Assembly: GCF_004010195.1 (NCBI RefSeq)
Contig: NC_057713.1
Span: 60,801,482 to 60,865,481 of the forward strand
From: Chiloscyllium plagiosum
Lineage: Eukaryota
DNA: 64,000 nucleotides
Reading direction: 5' to 3'
The notes beneath the pieces were generated by a model that did no database searches, had not been told where the DNA came from, and saw only the letters and a list, made by a program, of their open reading frames with translations. Below, piece by piece: positions 1 to 12,801 of the stretch. A program made the position numbers and the translations under genes. Numbering within the stretch: the stretch's first letter is position 1; each line of letters opens with the position of its first letter.

Positions 1-1425
1 AACCATGGTTCATGCAATGGCTTTTTAAAATGTATTCTTATTATATCAATATTTATTCTCAGTCCTACAAAACTGCTACTTTTAGGGGATCTATGGACTG
101 CTCCCCCCAGTACCTCCGTCTGGATTCTACATAATCCAAACCAGCATCATGTCTTGCTTCATTATTATTCCGTCTCTCACTAACGAAGCTACTACACCAT
201 CCCTCCCTTTCTGCTTTTCACATATTCCTGAAAATTCAGCCCCCAACTTTAATCTCTTCGTAACCGTGTCTCCATAATGGCTACAAGATCAAATCCAAAA
301 CCTCGACTTGTACCATTTAGTCATTTGTTTTGATCCAAATTCTGCAGACATTTAAGTGAAGGGCCATTAAATTTGCTTTTTTACCATTTTTTTCCCCTTT
401 GACCCTATTTGTTTCCTTTTGCCTGTACACACTATCCCTCCTGACCCACTTCGGGTTTCATTAACAAAATAGTTGCCATGCAATGTTGCTGTTTTGTTTG
501 AAAGCCTATATAATCTCCCGAGCACCCATTCTAATTAGTTCAAAGACCTTGTTGCACCCCTAGATATTCAGATCAGCAGGGTACTGATCCCAAGTCAAGC
601 CACTCTGAAACTTGGCTTGTCCAGTATTGCCATTAACTCTGATCATAATACTTAGTCTTTCATTGTCCATTATATAAGTAAAATCTATATTGTGAAAATT
701 ATCAAATCAGAGCTTGTTTTAAAACATCAAAAAGCATAACTACCTTATGCTCTGAAATACTTCACTCACTACAGATGTGCTGGCAAATGTGATAGCCACT
801 TTTCACCCCTTTTACTTTTGCCTACAAGATGAGAAATATTAGTGCCAATAAATGGAAGAAATTTTAATTTCAGGCATCAGATATTGATATTAAAAGCACT
901 TCAAGTACAGTAATGCCAAATGCAGGGTAAAGGTCCCATTGTTTACCCCAACTTCCATCAGCTGCACAAGTTATGATGAAATAAATGAGAAGTCAATCTG
1001 TTCATGTCATATTATTTAACGGGGTGAATTTGAACTAGAACAGGAAGAATTGCCTGTTATTCTCCGGATACAGCTATGGAAAATTTAGAGTACAACTGGA
1101 ATTGGTACACAATTTATCCAATAATGCAGTGTTCCACAAGGACTGCACTGAATTATCAGCCTAAATTGTGCACTTAAACCTGAGAAAGATGATTGGATGC
1201 ATAGTCTTCTAAACCAGAAAGAAAGGAGCCAACTTAACTAAACTGATATTAACAAATTTATGTTCATTATATCTATTTGAGGAAATGCATGTCTAGCACA
1301 CAAGGATTAACATTCATTAATTATAATCCATACTAAGCATTTTTCAAAAAGATTCTTTAAAAATCAAAGCTGATTGCTTGTGAAGTATTCCCAAAAATGA
1401 ACTGAATGAGACAAAATGATCCTAC

Positions 1426-1500
1426 CACAAGGAGGAGGTCTAAGGCAGCAACCTTACACTTTGCAGCCTTTTCTTTGGTGTACATCACAAGACACACATC
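1426..1500 (-). CDS. PRKDC: PRKDC exon 4 (75 nt)
   Basis: taag|GAT GTG TGT...CTT GTG|gtagga; DVCLVMYTKEKAAKCKVAALDLLLV. Confidence 0.93.
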
Positions 1501-4500
1501 CTTAAAAAAAAGACAATAAACATATATAATTCTCCTTTTCATGCATCACATACTTTCACATCACTTCAATATTCAAGCACATAATAGTGTCCTGAGACTT
1601 TGCTGTTTTTCCTTCAATTCACTGTACAGGTATTCATTACACAGCCAAATCTGAAAACCCTTCCAACACCCAGCAAAGTTAGCAAAGTTAGAATCACTTT
1701 ACAAACAACTAAATTGTGCTTCCTATTTCAAATGGAGATATTCCCAGAGATACTTTGACTTAGTTGGTGAACATTCATATTCACAAAGGGCAGAAGATCA
1801 CATCTTTACTTCGAAATTCATCAAGTGACACTTTATGCAGTATCATTTATTAATGTTCAAGTTATATTTACACTCTAAATGGCTTCGTTACATAATGGAG
1901 TGCTTCAGAGGAACTTCCTACACAGTAAAAATTAAAAGTGTTTTAAAAAAAAGACTATAAAAACAAAGCCGATTATTTTCATTCCCTAAGTATGCTGCCA
2001 AACTACACATATCCTGTTATACTTAACTGAGTGCATATGCACAGGTTCATTCAGAAACTGGAAGACAAAAGTCCCTTACCTTGATGTCAAGAGCATATGG
2101 TCCAACTGTCTCTTTGATCTTTTCAACAAATGCAGTAATTAACTTCAAAACGTCTTCTCTACAATCCCGAAACTGGAAGTCAAATGAGATTTTACAAATA
2201 TGTTACATAATACATTTTTAAACTAAAAACTGCTAACAACACATTTGGTAGTTGCAAAGTCAGCCTTATTCAGTGATAGAATACAGATTTAAGAATCTGA
2301 AAATTGTAAATTCAAATCTCATCCAGAGACTTGAGCACAAAACCTAGGCTTACACTTCAATGAAGTAGGAGTCAATTTCTAGAATCTGTACCAAAAACAA
2401 ATGTTGAGAGATCACAGAGGGACAGGCAGCATCCAAGGAGAGAAAGCAAGCTAACATTCTGAGTCTATAGGTGACTTTTCGTCTGACTCTGAGACCCAGA
2501 TAATATTCAGAGGACCTGGGTTTGAATCCCACCTTAGCAGATGGTGGAATGTGAATTCAATAAATATTTGGAATTAAGAGTCTAATGATGACCGTGAATC
2601 CATAGTCAATATTCAGAAACACCAATGTGGTTCATGGTTTGGTCTGGCCGGCATGTGACTCCAAAGTCACAGCAACGTGGTTGACTCTTAACTGTCCAAT
2701 GGGCAATAAATGCTGGCCTAGCCAGCGACGCCCTCATCTCGTTAATGAATATTTTTTACAAAGCTGCTTCTCCTGGTGTCCTAGTTAGTATTAATCTCTA
2801 AAATAGATTACCTGGTCAGTATCATACTGCTGTTTGTAGGAGGTTGCCACATCTCCTAAACTGCAATTAACAACACAGGCTATCAGGCTCTTTCGCAAAT
2901 TCAGCAGTTATGAAAGGCGTTATATGAATGCACAGCTTTCCTTGATGGAAAACTTACCTCTTCATTGCTTAGTGATTTTCGAAGGAAAATCAGTAACCCT
3001 TCATCCTTTGAGAACACCAATGAACTGTGTAGGGCTGTACATAAACAAAAGAAATGTGAGAATACACTATCAAAAGAAACACAAATTATTCATCACACAA
3101 AAATATGTGCGTTCATTTGAAAAATGACTAGTGTTATTAGTATTAGAGTATTTACCATAACTTTGAAATATTCAACTTACTCAATACTGTAACAGCAAAT
3201 TAGTGTTTAAGGAAAATTTTAATTCATCAGTACACTTACAGACAGCTTGGTCAACAAATTGTAGTTACAAACTGCAGATACATTTCATATTAATATTGTA
3301 TTTTGTGGTAATATTGGAGAGTCACTTTCCTATAGTCACCATCGGAGAACTCCTAGCTACTTATCCATGTTTCTTTGATCTAGTATTATGATACTGGCTG
3401 ATGGTATTTCAGATCAAGTCAGATTCCAGAATGAAACCTGGCTTGTTCAATCATAATTATGTTTTTTGTTTAATTGGTTCCTGGTGGTAATTCACAAACA
3501 TATTCACACAAAGATGATTTTTTAAATAACAGAATGGAGTTTATTACAAAAGGAATAAAAAGATAATCCAAATATCTACATATAGAAGCATGTTAGAATG
3601 ATCTTAAATTATGCAGCAAAACAATGTTTCAGCCTGCTTCCCAACACTATCCATTATAGAAATTCGAGTTACAGTACAGGTTCTGGTATAACGCAAGTTG
3701 CATCATTGCGAATTGGCTATAATGCAATTGACAAATTGTGGACGCTGTTTGGATAACATGAACTTTCTGCTGACTGGGTATAGCAATTTTCTATAGTGCG
3801 AGGTTGCACAGGAACGCAACTGTCATGTTTTAGTAGAACAACCTGTATTCTCTAAACTCCTCACAATTACTTTGCCATGGACTGTGGGTACAACTCAATG
3901 AATCCTTTTCAAATCTGTTGCAATGAACTTTTTCACTAATTTGTCAGCCTAAACAATTCTAATAACCTGCAGATTTCTAACTAAACTCTCCTGGTATGGA
4001 AGTAAACTTTCAACTGAGATGACGTATTCCCTGAACTGACCTGAACTACTTCTGGGAGGAAAAACTAAACTTACTTCTAAACTCAACAATGACGTCCTCC
4101 AAATGAAATTAAAAGCTTTCTCACTCCTCGATTCTTCTGAATTGGAAACAAAATAAATGACCACACATGTTTACCCTGCCAGAGACAAAAGGTATAAGTG
4201 TCCTTCCATCAACACTACAGGGGTCTGCAGTCATTTGCTTTCTGACAAAATATTAAATTTATTCGCTGTTCCAGAAGCTCTCTGACCTAGCCTTTTATCA
4301 ACAAAATCTTTCATAGAAGTAACCAACATCCAACTGCCTCTGCTTTTAAATCTAAATTCCAAAAATGTTCTTGCGCTCTTCAACACTCCAACCATTGCCA
4401 GATTAGCAAACCGCGATCAGGACAAACCTCTTAGAGTCATAGAGATGTACAGCATGGAAACAGACCCTTCAGTCCAACCATCCATGCCGACCAGATATCC

Positions 4501-7500
4501 CAACCCAATCTAGTCCCACCTGCCAGCACCCGGCCCATATCCCTCTAAACCCTTCCTATTCATTTACCCATCCAAATGCCTCTTAAATGTTGCAACTGTA
4601 CCAGCCTCCACCACATCCTCTGGCAGCTCATTCCATACACGTACCACCCTCTGTGTGAAAAAGTTGCCCCTTCGGTCTCTTTTATATCTTTCCCCTCTCA
4701 CCCTAAACCTATGCCATCTAGTTCTGGACTCCCTGACCTCAGGGAAAAGACTTTGTCTACTTACCCTAACCGTGCCCCTCATAATTTTGTAAAGCTCTAT
4801 AAGGTCACCCCCCCAGCCTCCAACGCTCCAGGGAAACAGTCCCAGACTGTTCAGCCTCTCCCTATAGCTCCACTCCTCCAACCCTGGCAACATCCTTGTA
4901 AATCTTTTCTAAACCCTTTCAAGTTTCACATCTCTTGAAGCCAATTTAAATCAAAACTACCAATGGAAAAGAACTAAAACAAGATTGTCTGCTGTCAATT
5001 CCAAGCCTCACTGCTCTTCTATCCATAAACAAAACATCAAATGTCTCACCCTGTTTCTTCACCTCAACAAGAAATGCATAGATACGTTTATAAAAAAACG
5101 GCTGTTGATAACATTTCAAAGAGTGAATGAAATGAGTTTACCAAATTCAGTACAGCGGCAAAAGCCAGATGCTGAAAAGTCACACCAAAACTGAATCATT
5201 AGCCTCTGCCATATAATGAAATAACATGGATTAGAATCCAGGTTCCCAGACTCACATTTGGACTGCAGACAGTGAGTGGAACATGGTAGCACTTTCCCAG
5301 CAGAAAGGGGAAATCTCATTGTTTTATTTTATGCCACTCTCACATTTCCCAATGGCTTCTTGCAGAGCAAGACAGATATGAAACCGGAGAAAAACTGCAG
5401 TGGATCCTTTAATGGTGTTTTAGAAGATATTATACTGGCCCTGGCCATAGTAAAGATGATTAGATACATGACAAAAGGAAGAGTTGGGAAAATAGCAGAG
5501 AAGTACAAGAGAAAAAAAAGTTGACAGTGTGGCCCGCCAGGCACGACAGAAACAATTGCTGGCTTTACCACCACCAAATGAGAGAGATACTGTGAAGGAT
5601 GGGGTCATCTCAGTGGATAATTTTTGAGATTATAGAGACCAAAGAGATTTACTTTGTTGTCACACTATTATATTGGATACAAGGCTGGCTAATAGGACTA
5701 CAGGACAAAGAAGCAGAAGTAGGCCATTCAGCCCATTGAGTCTGTTCAATGAGATTATAGGTGTGTAAATCTTCAAAATTCTCCTACCATTTCCCTGTAA
5801 ACCTTGATTCCATTGTGGTTAGATTTTCAATCCTGGCCTCAAATATACTTAATGATCCAACCTTTACACGCCTTCTTTTTTAATTCGTTGAGGGCATCGC
5901 TGGCCAGGCAGCATTTATTGCCCATCCCTAATTGCCCAGAGGACAGTTAAGAACCAATCACATTGCTATGGGACTGGAGTCACATGTAAACCAGACCAAG
6001 TAAGGATGGCAGTTTCCTTCTCTAAAGAACATTAGTGAACAGGATGGGTTTTCAAAGTTTGGGTGAAGATTTGTAGCTCGGGTGCTCGTTGTTGTGGTTC
6101 TGTTTGCCGAGCTGGAAATTTTTGTTGCAAACGTTTCGTCCCCTGTCTAGGTGACATCCTCAGTGCTTGGGAGCCTCCTGTGAAGCGCTTCTGTGGTGTT
6201 TCCTCCGGCATTTATAGTGGCCTGTCCCTGCCGCTTCCGGTTGTCAGTTTCAGCTGTCCGCTGTAGTGGCCGGTATATTGGGTCCAGGTCGATGTGTTTG
6301 TTGATGGAGTTTGTGGACAGGCCACTATAAATGAAAGGTATAAGTGGTCATGGTGTTTTGTTTGATGTGTTTTCTGAGTCAGCTTGGAGTTTGCCAACAG
6401 GACATAAAATTGGCTTGATGATAGGAGACAGAGGGCCATTATGGAGAACTGTTTTTTGAACTGGAGCCTTGTGACCAGTGATGTTCCATAGGGATTGGTA
6501 CTGGGTCCACTTTTGGTTGCCATTTATATGTGATTTGGATGAGAATATAGAAAGCACAGTAAATTTACAAATGACACTAAAACTTTCCCCTCCTGGTTAC
6601 AGCCCCGCCCTTGTTTTACCAACGTGACAGGGAAGAAGGCTTATCTAAGATTACAAAGAGATCTTAATCATTGGGATAATGGGCAAAGGAGTGGCAGATG
6701 GAGTTCAATTTGGATAAATGTGAGGTATTACATTTTTGTAAAACAAGGGCAGGGCTTATATAATTAGCGGTAGATCCCTGGTAATGTTGTTGTCGAACAG
6801 AGAGACCTAAAGGTTCAGATACATAGTTCTTTGAAAGTTGCATCACAGGTAAACAGAGCGATTAAGAAGGCATTTAGCACACATGCCTTCATTGTTATAT
6901 CTTTTGAGTATAGGAGTTGGGATGTCATGTTGAGATTGTACAGGACACTGGTGAAGCCACTTCTACTGTGTACAGTTCGGTTTGCCCTGCCATATTATTA
7001 ACTTGGAGACTTTTTCCCACTAGAGCATAAGAGATTGAGGGGAGACTTCAGAGGTTTGTAAGGTGAATAGAAAGGGTCTTTTCCATAGGATGAGAGAGTT
7101 CTAGATTTTAGGCGGCATATTTTTAAGGTGGGATGAGAATGTTTTAAAAAAGGACAAGGAGCAACTTTTTTTTTGACAAGACAGTAGTTCACGTGTGAAA
7201 TGAACTACCAGAGGAAGTGGTAAATGCAGGTACAGTTACAACATTTAAACGACATTTGGATGACTACACAAATAGGAAAGGTTTGGAGGGATATGGGCCA
7301 AACGCAGGCAAGTAGGACTAATTTAGTTTGGGAACATGGCTCACGTAGACTAGTTAAACTAAAGGGTCTGTTTCTATGCTGTATGACCATCTATGAACTA
7401 AAGAGCAACCCCTTATTCTGAGATTATGGTCTCTCGTCTTAGATGCTCTAAGAAGAGGAAACAATCTCTTAACAATCAACCCTGTCAAACATAGCACCCC

Positions 7501-10500
7501 CTCCTCTGAAACTTGCATCCATAATTCGATGTCCATAACCAATCACTGCAATGATAGAAAGGAGAACAGCATAGAAGATTTTGACTGAGTAGCAGACATG
7601 CAGGAACTGAGAAAAGGAAGGAACCAATGATCAAACATAGATTATTTCAGAGACGATAATGTACAAGGAGGAAGGGGGAAAAAGATACTGCTGGAAAATG
7701 CTGCCTGCATTAAAGCAGATAAGAATTGAACAAGTGAGTCTGGTTGTGGAATGGGTGAGAATGGAGCTGTTAACAAAACCAAATAATGTACAAAGTTAGA
7801 GTTAACTATGGTGACAAACTACAAGGGTGATTGGTGTCACAGATCAACATAATCTCAGTTTTGAGCACTGTGAAAGCCTGAATGAAGGAATTCAAACAGA
7901 GAACTCCAGGGGTGACAACATAAACATAGGAAGTAGCAGGAGACTACTCAGTCCTCAGGATGATTCAATAAGATGACCTATTTGTGTATTGAATTCCATA
8001 GTCCCATCTAGTCTTAGATTCTTGTTACACAGGGGAATCAATCACTGCCTTTATTCAACTACTTCATTTCTACTGCGTTCTGAGTCTGCATTTCAAAGTC
8101 ACAACTTCACCCATAAAAGTTCTTTGCATCTCTTTGCAAAAGGATGTCCTCTAATTTTAAAATACTCTCTCCAATTCTGGATTCATCGACAAAAGTAAAT
8201 ATCTTTATTCACACCCACCTTGTCAAGACCATTCAGGATTTTAAGATAGTCACTTCTCACTCTTCCAAATTCTAGTGGAAACGAGCCCAGACTGTCCAAC
8301 CTACTGTTCACTGATCCCAAATATCAATATTGAAAACTACAAATGCACCATTGTAAACTTCCTGTGAACAGTTTCCAATGTATTTCATCCTTCTTTAAAC
8401 AAGACTAAGTTAAACAAAAGCGAAAAATCATCTCAATGTCCTGTATAGTGTTACATCTTCACATTTGCTCTCTAGTCCTCACATAATAAAGAATAACATC
8501 CATTTAGCCGTCTCAATTATATGCTGCACTCGCATAATAGCTTTTTGCAATTGATCTACTTAAAGACATGAATCCCCCTGCATCTCTGATTTCTGCCATC
8601 ATTCTCCATCTAAATAATAGTTTTTTTCATTCTTGCTGCTAAAAAGTGAACTTGACATTTTCCCACATCACATGCCAATCTGTCATAATTTTACCCACTC
8701 ACTCAACTATATATATATATCCTCCTGCATTCTAATCTTCTTTACGACATATTTTCAACTGTCTGTTTAAGTAATTTACGATAGAACAATCAAGAGCAGA
8801 CTCTTTGAAGAGATAAGTGATTAGACTTTAAAAAGGAGGGGAATTGTGTCCGTATCAAAGGAGCTACTTACAGTAGTTCTGACAATTATGAGGAGGTAGG
8901 GTCATTCAGTGGTGACAATTGGGTGACGACTGGATCAAGTGACAAAGAATTGTGTCTTTGAGATAAACATAAGATGTGGAAATGCTATTTAGCGATATGG
9001 ACAGGGATTTCAGCCTGATATGAAAATGCAAACAGACTGGCAGAGGGAGGTACGTTGTAATGCCCATCATTACTTGGCGAGCCTATTTGCAAGATTCAGC
9101 CATTTTGCCAGAGGCCAGTTCAGGTTGAAGGAAAAGAAAAGGAGGCAGAAATATTCAGTCAGTCTCAGGACTCTGACAGCGACCAAAGCACATTAGCTAC
9201 CTGGAAGTAGCCTCCCAGTGGCAGGCCAGGGGGCACTATTCCTGTGAGACTTTGAGGGTAGCCCTCTATTGCCCACCTGGCCATAGCTACAGCAACATAT
9301 CACCTTATAGAAGGATACTTTATATACTCCAAACTTATGACCCAGTAGCTACAACCTTTTATTTTTTCTCTCAAAGTTGATTTAGCTATGCCAAGAGGTA
9401 CTCCATGTATCCGTCAAGTGGACTACAGGACCTTGTGTGCTGATGGGCCTGCAATAGATAATTCTACATGTACTTTGGTCACAACTGAGCTAATATAGCC
9501 AATTCACATCAAGTTACTGCTTCCATCAGTGCATGGACAATGACCCACAAAAAACCTTGCCTCAAAATTCTGGACTGGAGATAAAACACTGAAGGATCAA
9601 GAGTGTGAAAAAGGAAGGCTTAGTGGCTGAGCCAGCTGCGAGGATAATTTTAATCTTGAAATTAAGTCTGTAACCTCCTCCTATAACATATTGAACATCA
9701 GAACAAGGGAGTTAAATAGGATGATTTGGGAGATGGTAGTTTAGTCATTTAGTCTGGGATTTGTTTCATCCTCATTGACAAAGAATGATCCCTATGGAAA
9801 GGGAGATGTGGTATTTTGAAAGTCAAAACACTGCCAATGACTAGCTATACCTCAGTACAGTCAAGCCTGTGTCTTTTTAGATCCCCAGGAAATGTAAACT
9901 ACGCTTTGGAACAAAGCTATCAATAGACTGTGAAAATCATGGTGCAAGTGAAGTCAGCAGAATGAGAATTAACAAGTAGACTTAGTAGACAATGACAGCA
10001 GGGGCACAATAACAATTCCCATACAAAGTACCTGGAGGAGTAAGGTAGCTTGGGGTAGAAAGGTGGTTGGACAAAGTGTTGGCCAGGAAGCATTGTCAAT
10101 AATTGGAAAACAGAAGGACCAGATTTTTTTTTAATTATCCAATGAATTAACAAAGAACAAGAGTTGGACACAATAAGCTGGTTCTGGTTTTATAAATTCT
10201 TTATTTCAAAATTGAAATGTAAATTTCAACTTCATATTTTCCTGCCAGATTTCTCATTCGACAACCTCCCCTTAACCTGAAGGTTTGCTCAGTTCCACTA
10301 TTCAGCCTTTAAACCTGCATGTCACCCATTTCCAGACCTCTCAAATATTATCCTGAGCATAACATCAATGGGAAAATGAATGTAGTCTGGGGATAAGGGG
10401 CCTTTGATTTTCAACCTCCACTTTGTGGAAGTGCTGCCTTCAAGTTAGTACCCTCTCCATCAGTAAATCAAGACTAGCCAACATGAAAACTTTACACATC

Positions 10501-12801
10501 GCAACAGACTACACAAACCAACAATTAGATTTTTATACTGAAATGTTCTTTCAGAAGGCACGTCTAAAATTATTTCACAGAAGGGACTTACATTCTCCCC
10601 TTAACTGCGTAGGTTTCTTCCAGTGCTCTAGTTTCCTCAAATAGTCCAAAGATTTGGAGCTTAGGTGGATTAGCCATGCTAAGTTACCCGAGACGTGCAG
10701 GCTAGGGGAATTAGCCATGGGAAATGCAGGGTTATAGGGATAATGTAGAAATTAAAAATCATGACACCAGGTTATAGTCTAACAGGTTTATTTGGAAGCA
10801 TGAGCTTTTGGAGGGCTGGTGCTCCAAAAGCGAATGGTTTCAACTAAGCCTGTTGGACTATAACCTGGTTTTGTGATTTTTAACTTTATCCACCCTAGTC
10901 CAACACCGTCTCCTCCACATCATGGATAAGGTAGAGACATGGATCTGGGTGGAATGCTCTGTGAAGGGTCGGTGTGGACTCAATGGGCTAAATGGCCTGC
11001 TTGCACACTGTCAGGATTCTATAAAATAACATACTATCACTTAATCTTTGACAAGGAAGAATAACTTTTACTATTCCTGTGTAGCAACTCTGCCTGGGTT
11101 AACACATGATAGAAACTAATTCAATACGACATGATCAACTTCTGGCAATACCAACCTCCTAAACATATATCAGACGATTGATGAAAAACTACCTTCGCAA
11201 CTTTGACAACTATAATCTACTCAATTCAGACCGGTGTAATTCATGTATTTAGCACCAAGTTCTCAGTTCACTGGTATTTTGATAATTCAATAGACAACTT
11301 AAAATATTAAAATAATTGCTGGCTTTTTGTTACCTCAATGCATTACAATTCCAAAATCTGACAAAAATGGTAAAACAACGGTCAATATCCATAAAGTTAC
11401 TTTGAAGCTGACTCAGAAAACACATCAAACAAAACACCATAACCACTTATACCTTTCATAACATATTGACAAAGAGACTTTGGAAGCCAGTTATCTGACG
11501 AGTTATAAACTTGTTTTGACCCTTTTTGTTTCACTCCTACAACTGAGACAAATGCAAATTTTAAAAACTAACTTTTTCCACTTTTCTGCCATAAACAGAA
11601 ATAATTTTAGGATAATAAAATGAAATAAATCTAAATACACCCATGCGCAATTTGAAAGCCTGAATCTGGTGATGAAACAACCATTGCCTTTAATTGTACT
11701 GCCAACTGTGGCTAATTTTCTGGGGAGTGGCAATCTCACACACATTGTTATTGCACTGCTCCTTGTTTACGCAGCGAAAGAGCTCTGCATTTCTGACAGC
11801 AGTTTCCGATCAGAGCTCAGAAACGTGGAACCGTTCTGCCACTCTGGTTGTACAGAACAGTCCAAGGAAGCCATCCATGTCCACATTTTAAGTGCATCCA
11901 GCAGCCATATTCTGAAAGTTCTATGTCAAACATCACAGGCAACCTCTTTGACAGTAAGCGACAGTGTTTACAGTAGGACAGGGTGTAAGCTCCTACTGGA
12001 GAATGGGAGGGATTGCAAGAGGTATGGGGACATGCATTTGGGGGGATTTTCGAGGACAGTATGGAGTAAGCGGAATAGCGAGACGTTAAATAGGTTTTAA
12101 TATCGTAACTTTTGTTCAACAGCTATTAACGTAATTAAATGGGAACCCTCTGATTAAAACTTATATTTGCGAAAGTTTCCAAGTGGACGTGAATTACTTA
12201 GCAGAATCTTTTTTCCGGGAAATTGGTTGAATCTCCTGCAGGGAATTTCGCAGGGTCTCAACAAGCAATTCTCACCTATGCTTCAGCAACGAGAATAATC
12301 TGGCCTTGGGAAAAATCTAAGTCTACATCTCCGACAACTAATTGAGAGTGTAAACACCTATTTTACAAATATACAACAGCTAAGTCTGTACTTCGCCAGT
12401 GCGCTGCCAACTCGGTTTATTGCCGGAAGACCATAAACGGTATCCCGGTGATGAAGGAACAAATTGGAGGTGGCGCTGGGGGAACATACAAAGAACCAGC
12501 GGTTTTTAACTCCTCCTTGTCCTGGTCAGTTGCTCTAGGGATGCGAGCTCCTCCCAAATGGGGGGGGGGAGAAAAACTTTTGCAAACCTTAAGCGCCTCA
12601 ACCAGCGGCCTGTCTCTACCCACCCAGCCGGCTTTCATGAGTGTTGTGCAGAAGGTCATGGGTCAGGTTGGCGACTATACTGTGTGACTCCATTGCTGCA
12701 CTCCTGCTGTCTTGGGCTGACAGCAGCTGCTCGAGTTGTTGCAGCCGCCGCTCCACCTCGAGCCCCACGCCAGCTCCATGTCTCCGCATTCCAGCAGCCA
12801 T
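1426..12801 (-). CDS. PRKDC: DNA-dependent protein kinase catalytic subunit, 5' part (exons 1-4; gene continues beyond the left edge)
   Basis: Spliced exons 12801-12624, 3034-2958, 2172-2080 and 1500-1426 with GT/AG ends and matching phases give MAAGMRRHGAGVGLEVERRLQQLEQLLSAQD...ALHSSLVFSKDEGLLIFLRKSLSNEE/FRDCREDVLKLITAFVEKIKETVGPYALDIK/DVCLVMYTKEKAAKCKVAALDLLLV. This matches the vertebrate DNA-PKcs N-terminus; head-to-head with MCM4 as in other vertebrates. Confidence 0.95.
2080..2172 (-). CDS. PRKDC: PRKDC exon 3 (93 nt)
   Basis: ccag|TTT CGG GAT...ATC AAG|gtaagg; FRDCREDVLKLITAFVEKIKETVGPYALDIK. Confidence 0.93.
2490..2740 (+). mobile_element. SacSINE/DeuSINE-like SINE (related copies at about 5886-6052, 19215-19350, 51240-51530 and 51820-52160 on the minus strand)
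   Basis: B-box gggtttgaatccc; shared core gtgactcc..cacagcaacgtggttgactcttaactg..gggcaataaatgctggcc found in several copies. Confidence 0.6.
2958..3034 (-). CDS. PRKDC: PRKDC exon 2 (77 nt)
   Basis: tacag|CC CTA CAC AGT...GAA GAG|gtaagt; LHSSLVFSKDEGLLIFLRKSLSNEE. Confidence 0.93.
3677..3845. mobile_element. Tigger/pogo-like MITE
   Basis: TA|caggtt...aacctg|TA with imperfect TIRs of about 20 bp. Confidence 0.6.
4433..4932 (-). mobile_element. CR1 LINE 3' fragment
   Basis: LPGLEEWSYRERLNSLGLF...FFTQRVVRVWNELP; same 3' end as the 24855 copy. Confidence 0.9.
6052..6333 (-). mobile_element. Penelope-like 3' fragment (second family)
   Basis: Minus strand encodes STNSINKHIDLDPIYRPLQR (PLE endonuclease C-terminus-like), followed by a hammerhead motif. 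19-bp inversion at 6209-6227 / 6315-6333. Confidence 0.75.
6128..6166 (-). ncRNA. Hammerhead ribozyme motif of a second Penelope family
   Basis: CTGAGGA-t-GTCaCCT-agac-AGGgGAC-GAAAC-GTT on the minus strand (sense to PRKDC). Confidence 0.6.
6386..7392 (+). mobile_element. CR1 LINE, degenerate
   Basis: Collinear with the 24855-26086 copy. Confidence 0.85.
10590..11022 (+). mobile_element. V-SINE split by a hairpin element
   Basis: V-domain 10590-10749 resumes at 10924 (gggtcggtgtggactcaatgggc). Confidence 0.7.
10750..10923. mobile_element. Hairpin non-autonomous element (probably Penelope-derived) inserted in a V-SINE
   Basis: Inverted arms of about 60 bp (ttaaaaatca..ccaggttatagtctaacagg / cctgttggactataacctgg..tgatttttaa), ~36-nt tail, TSD ggataa(t/g)gtaga at 10738-10749 and 10924-10935. 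Confidence 0.75.
12624..12801 (-). CDS. PRKDC: PRKDC exon 1 (coding part, 178 nt, phase 1 end)
   Basis: ATG at 12801 (MAAG...), donor G|gtgggt; lies in CpG island. Confidence 0.85.

Noticed and set aside
744-821. 78-nt ag/gt-bounded segment on the minus strand as candidate PRKDC exon 5
   Set aside because: In-frame TGA and no similarity to the expected next DNA-PKcs sequence
11334-11407. 74-nt ag/gt-bounded segment on the minus strand with faint resemblance to PRKDC exon 2 (LQ..FVR)
   Set aside because: The real exon 2 is at 2958-3034. In the required phase this segment hits TAA within three codons, and the similarity is within chance.
11669-12119. 143-aa plus-strand ORF and overlapping 100-aa minus-strand ORF in PRKDC intron 1
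   Set aside because: No recognisable domain, no supporting exon structure; a length expected by chance near a CpG island
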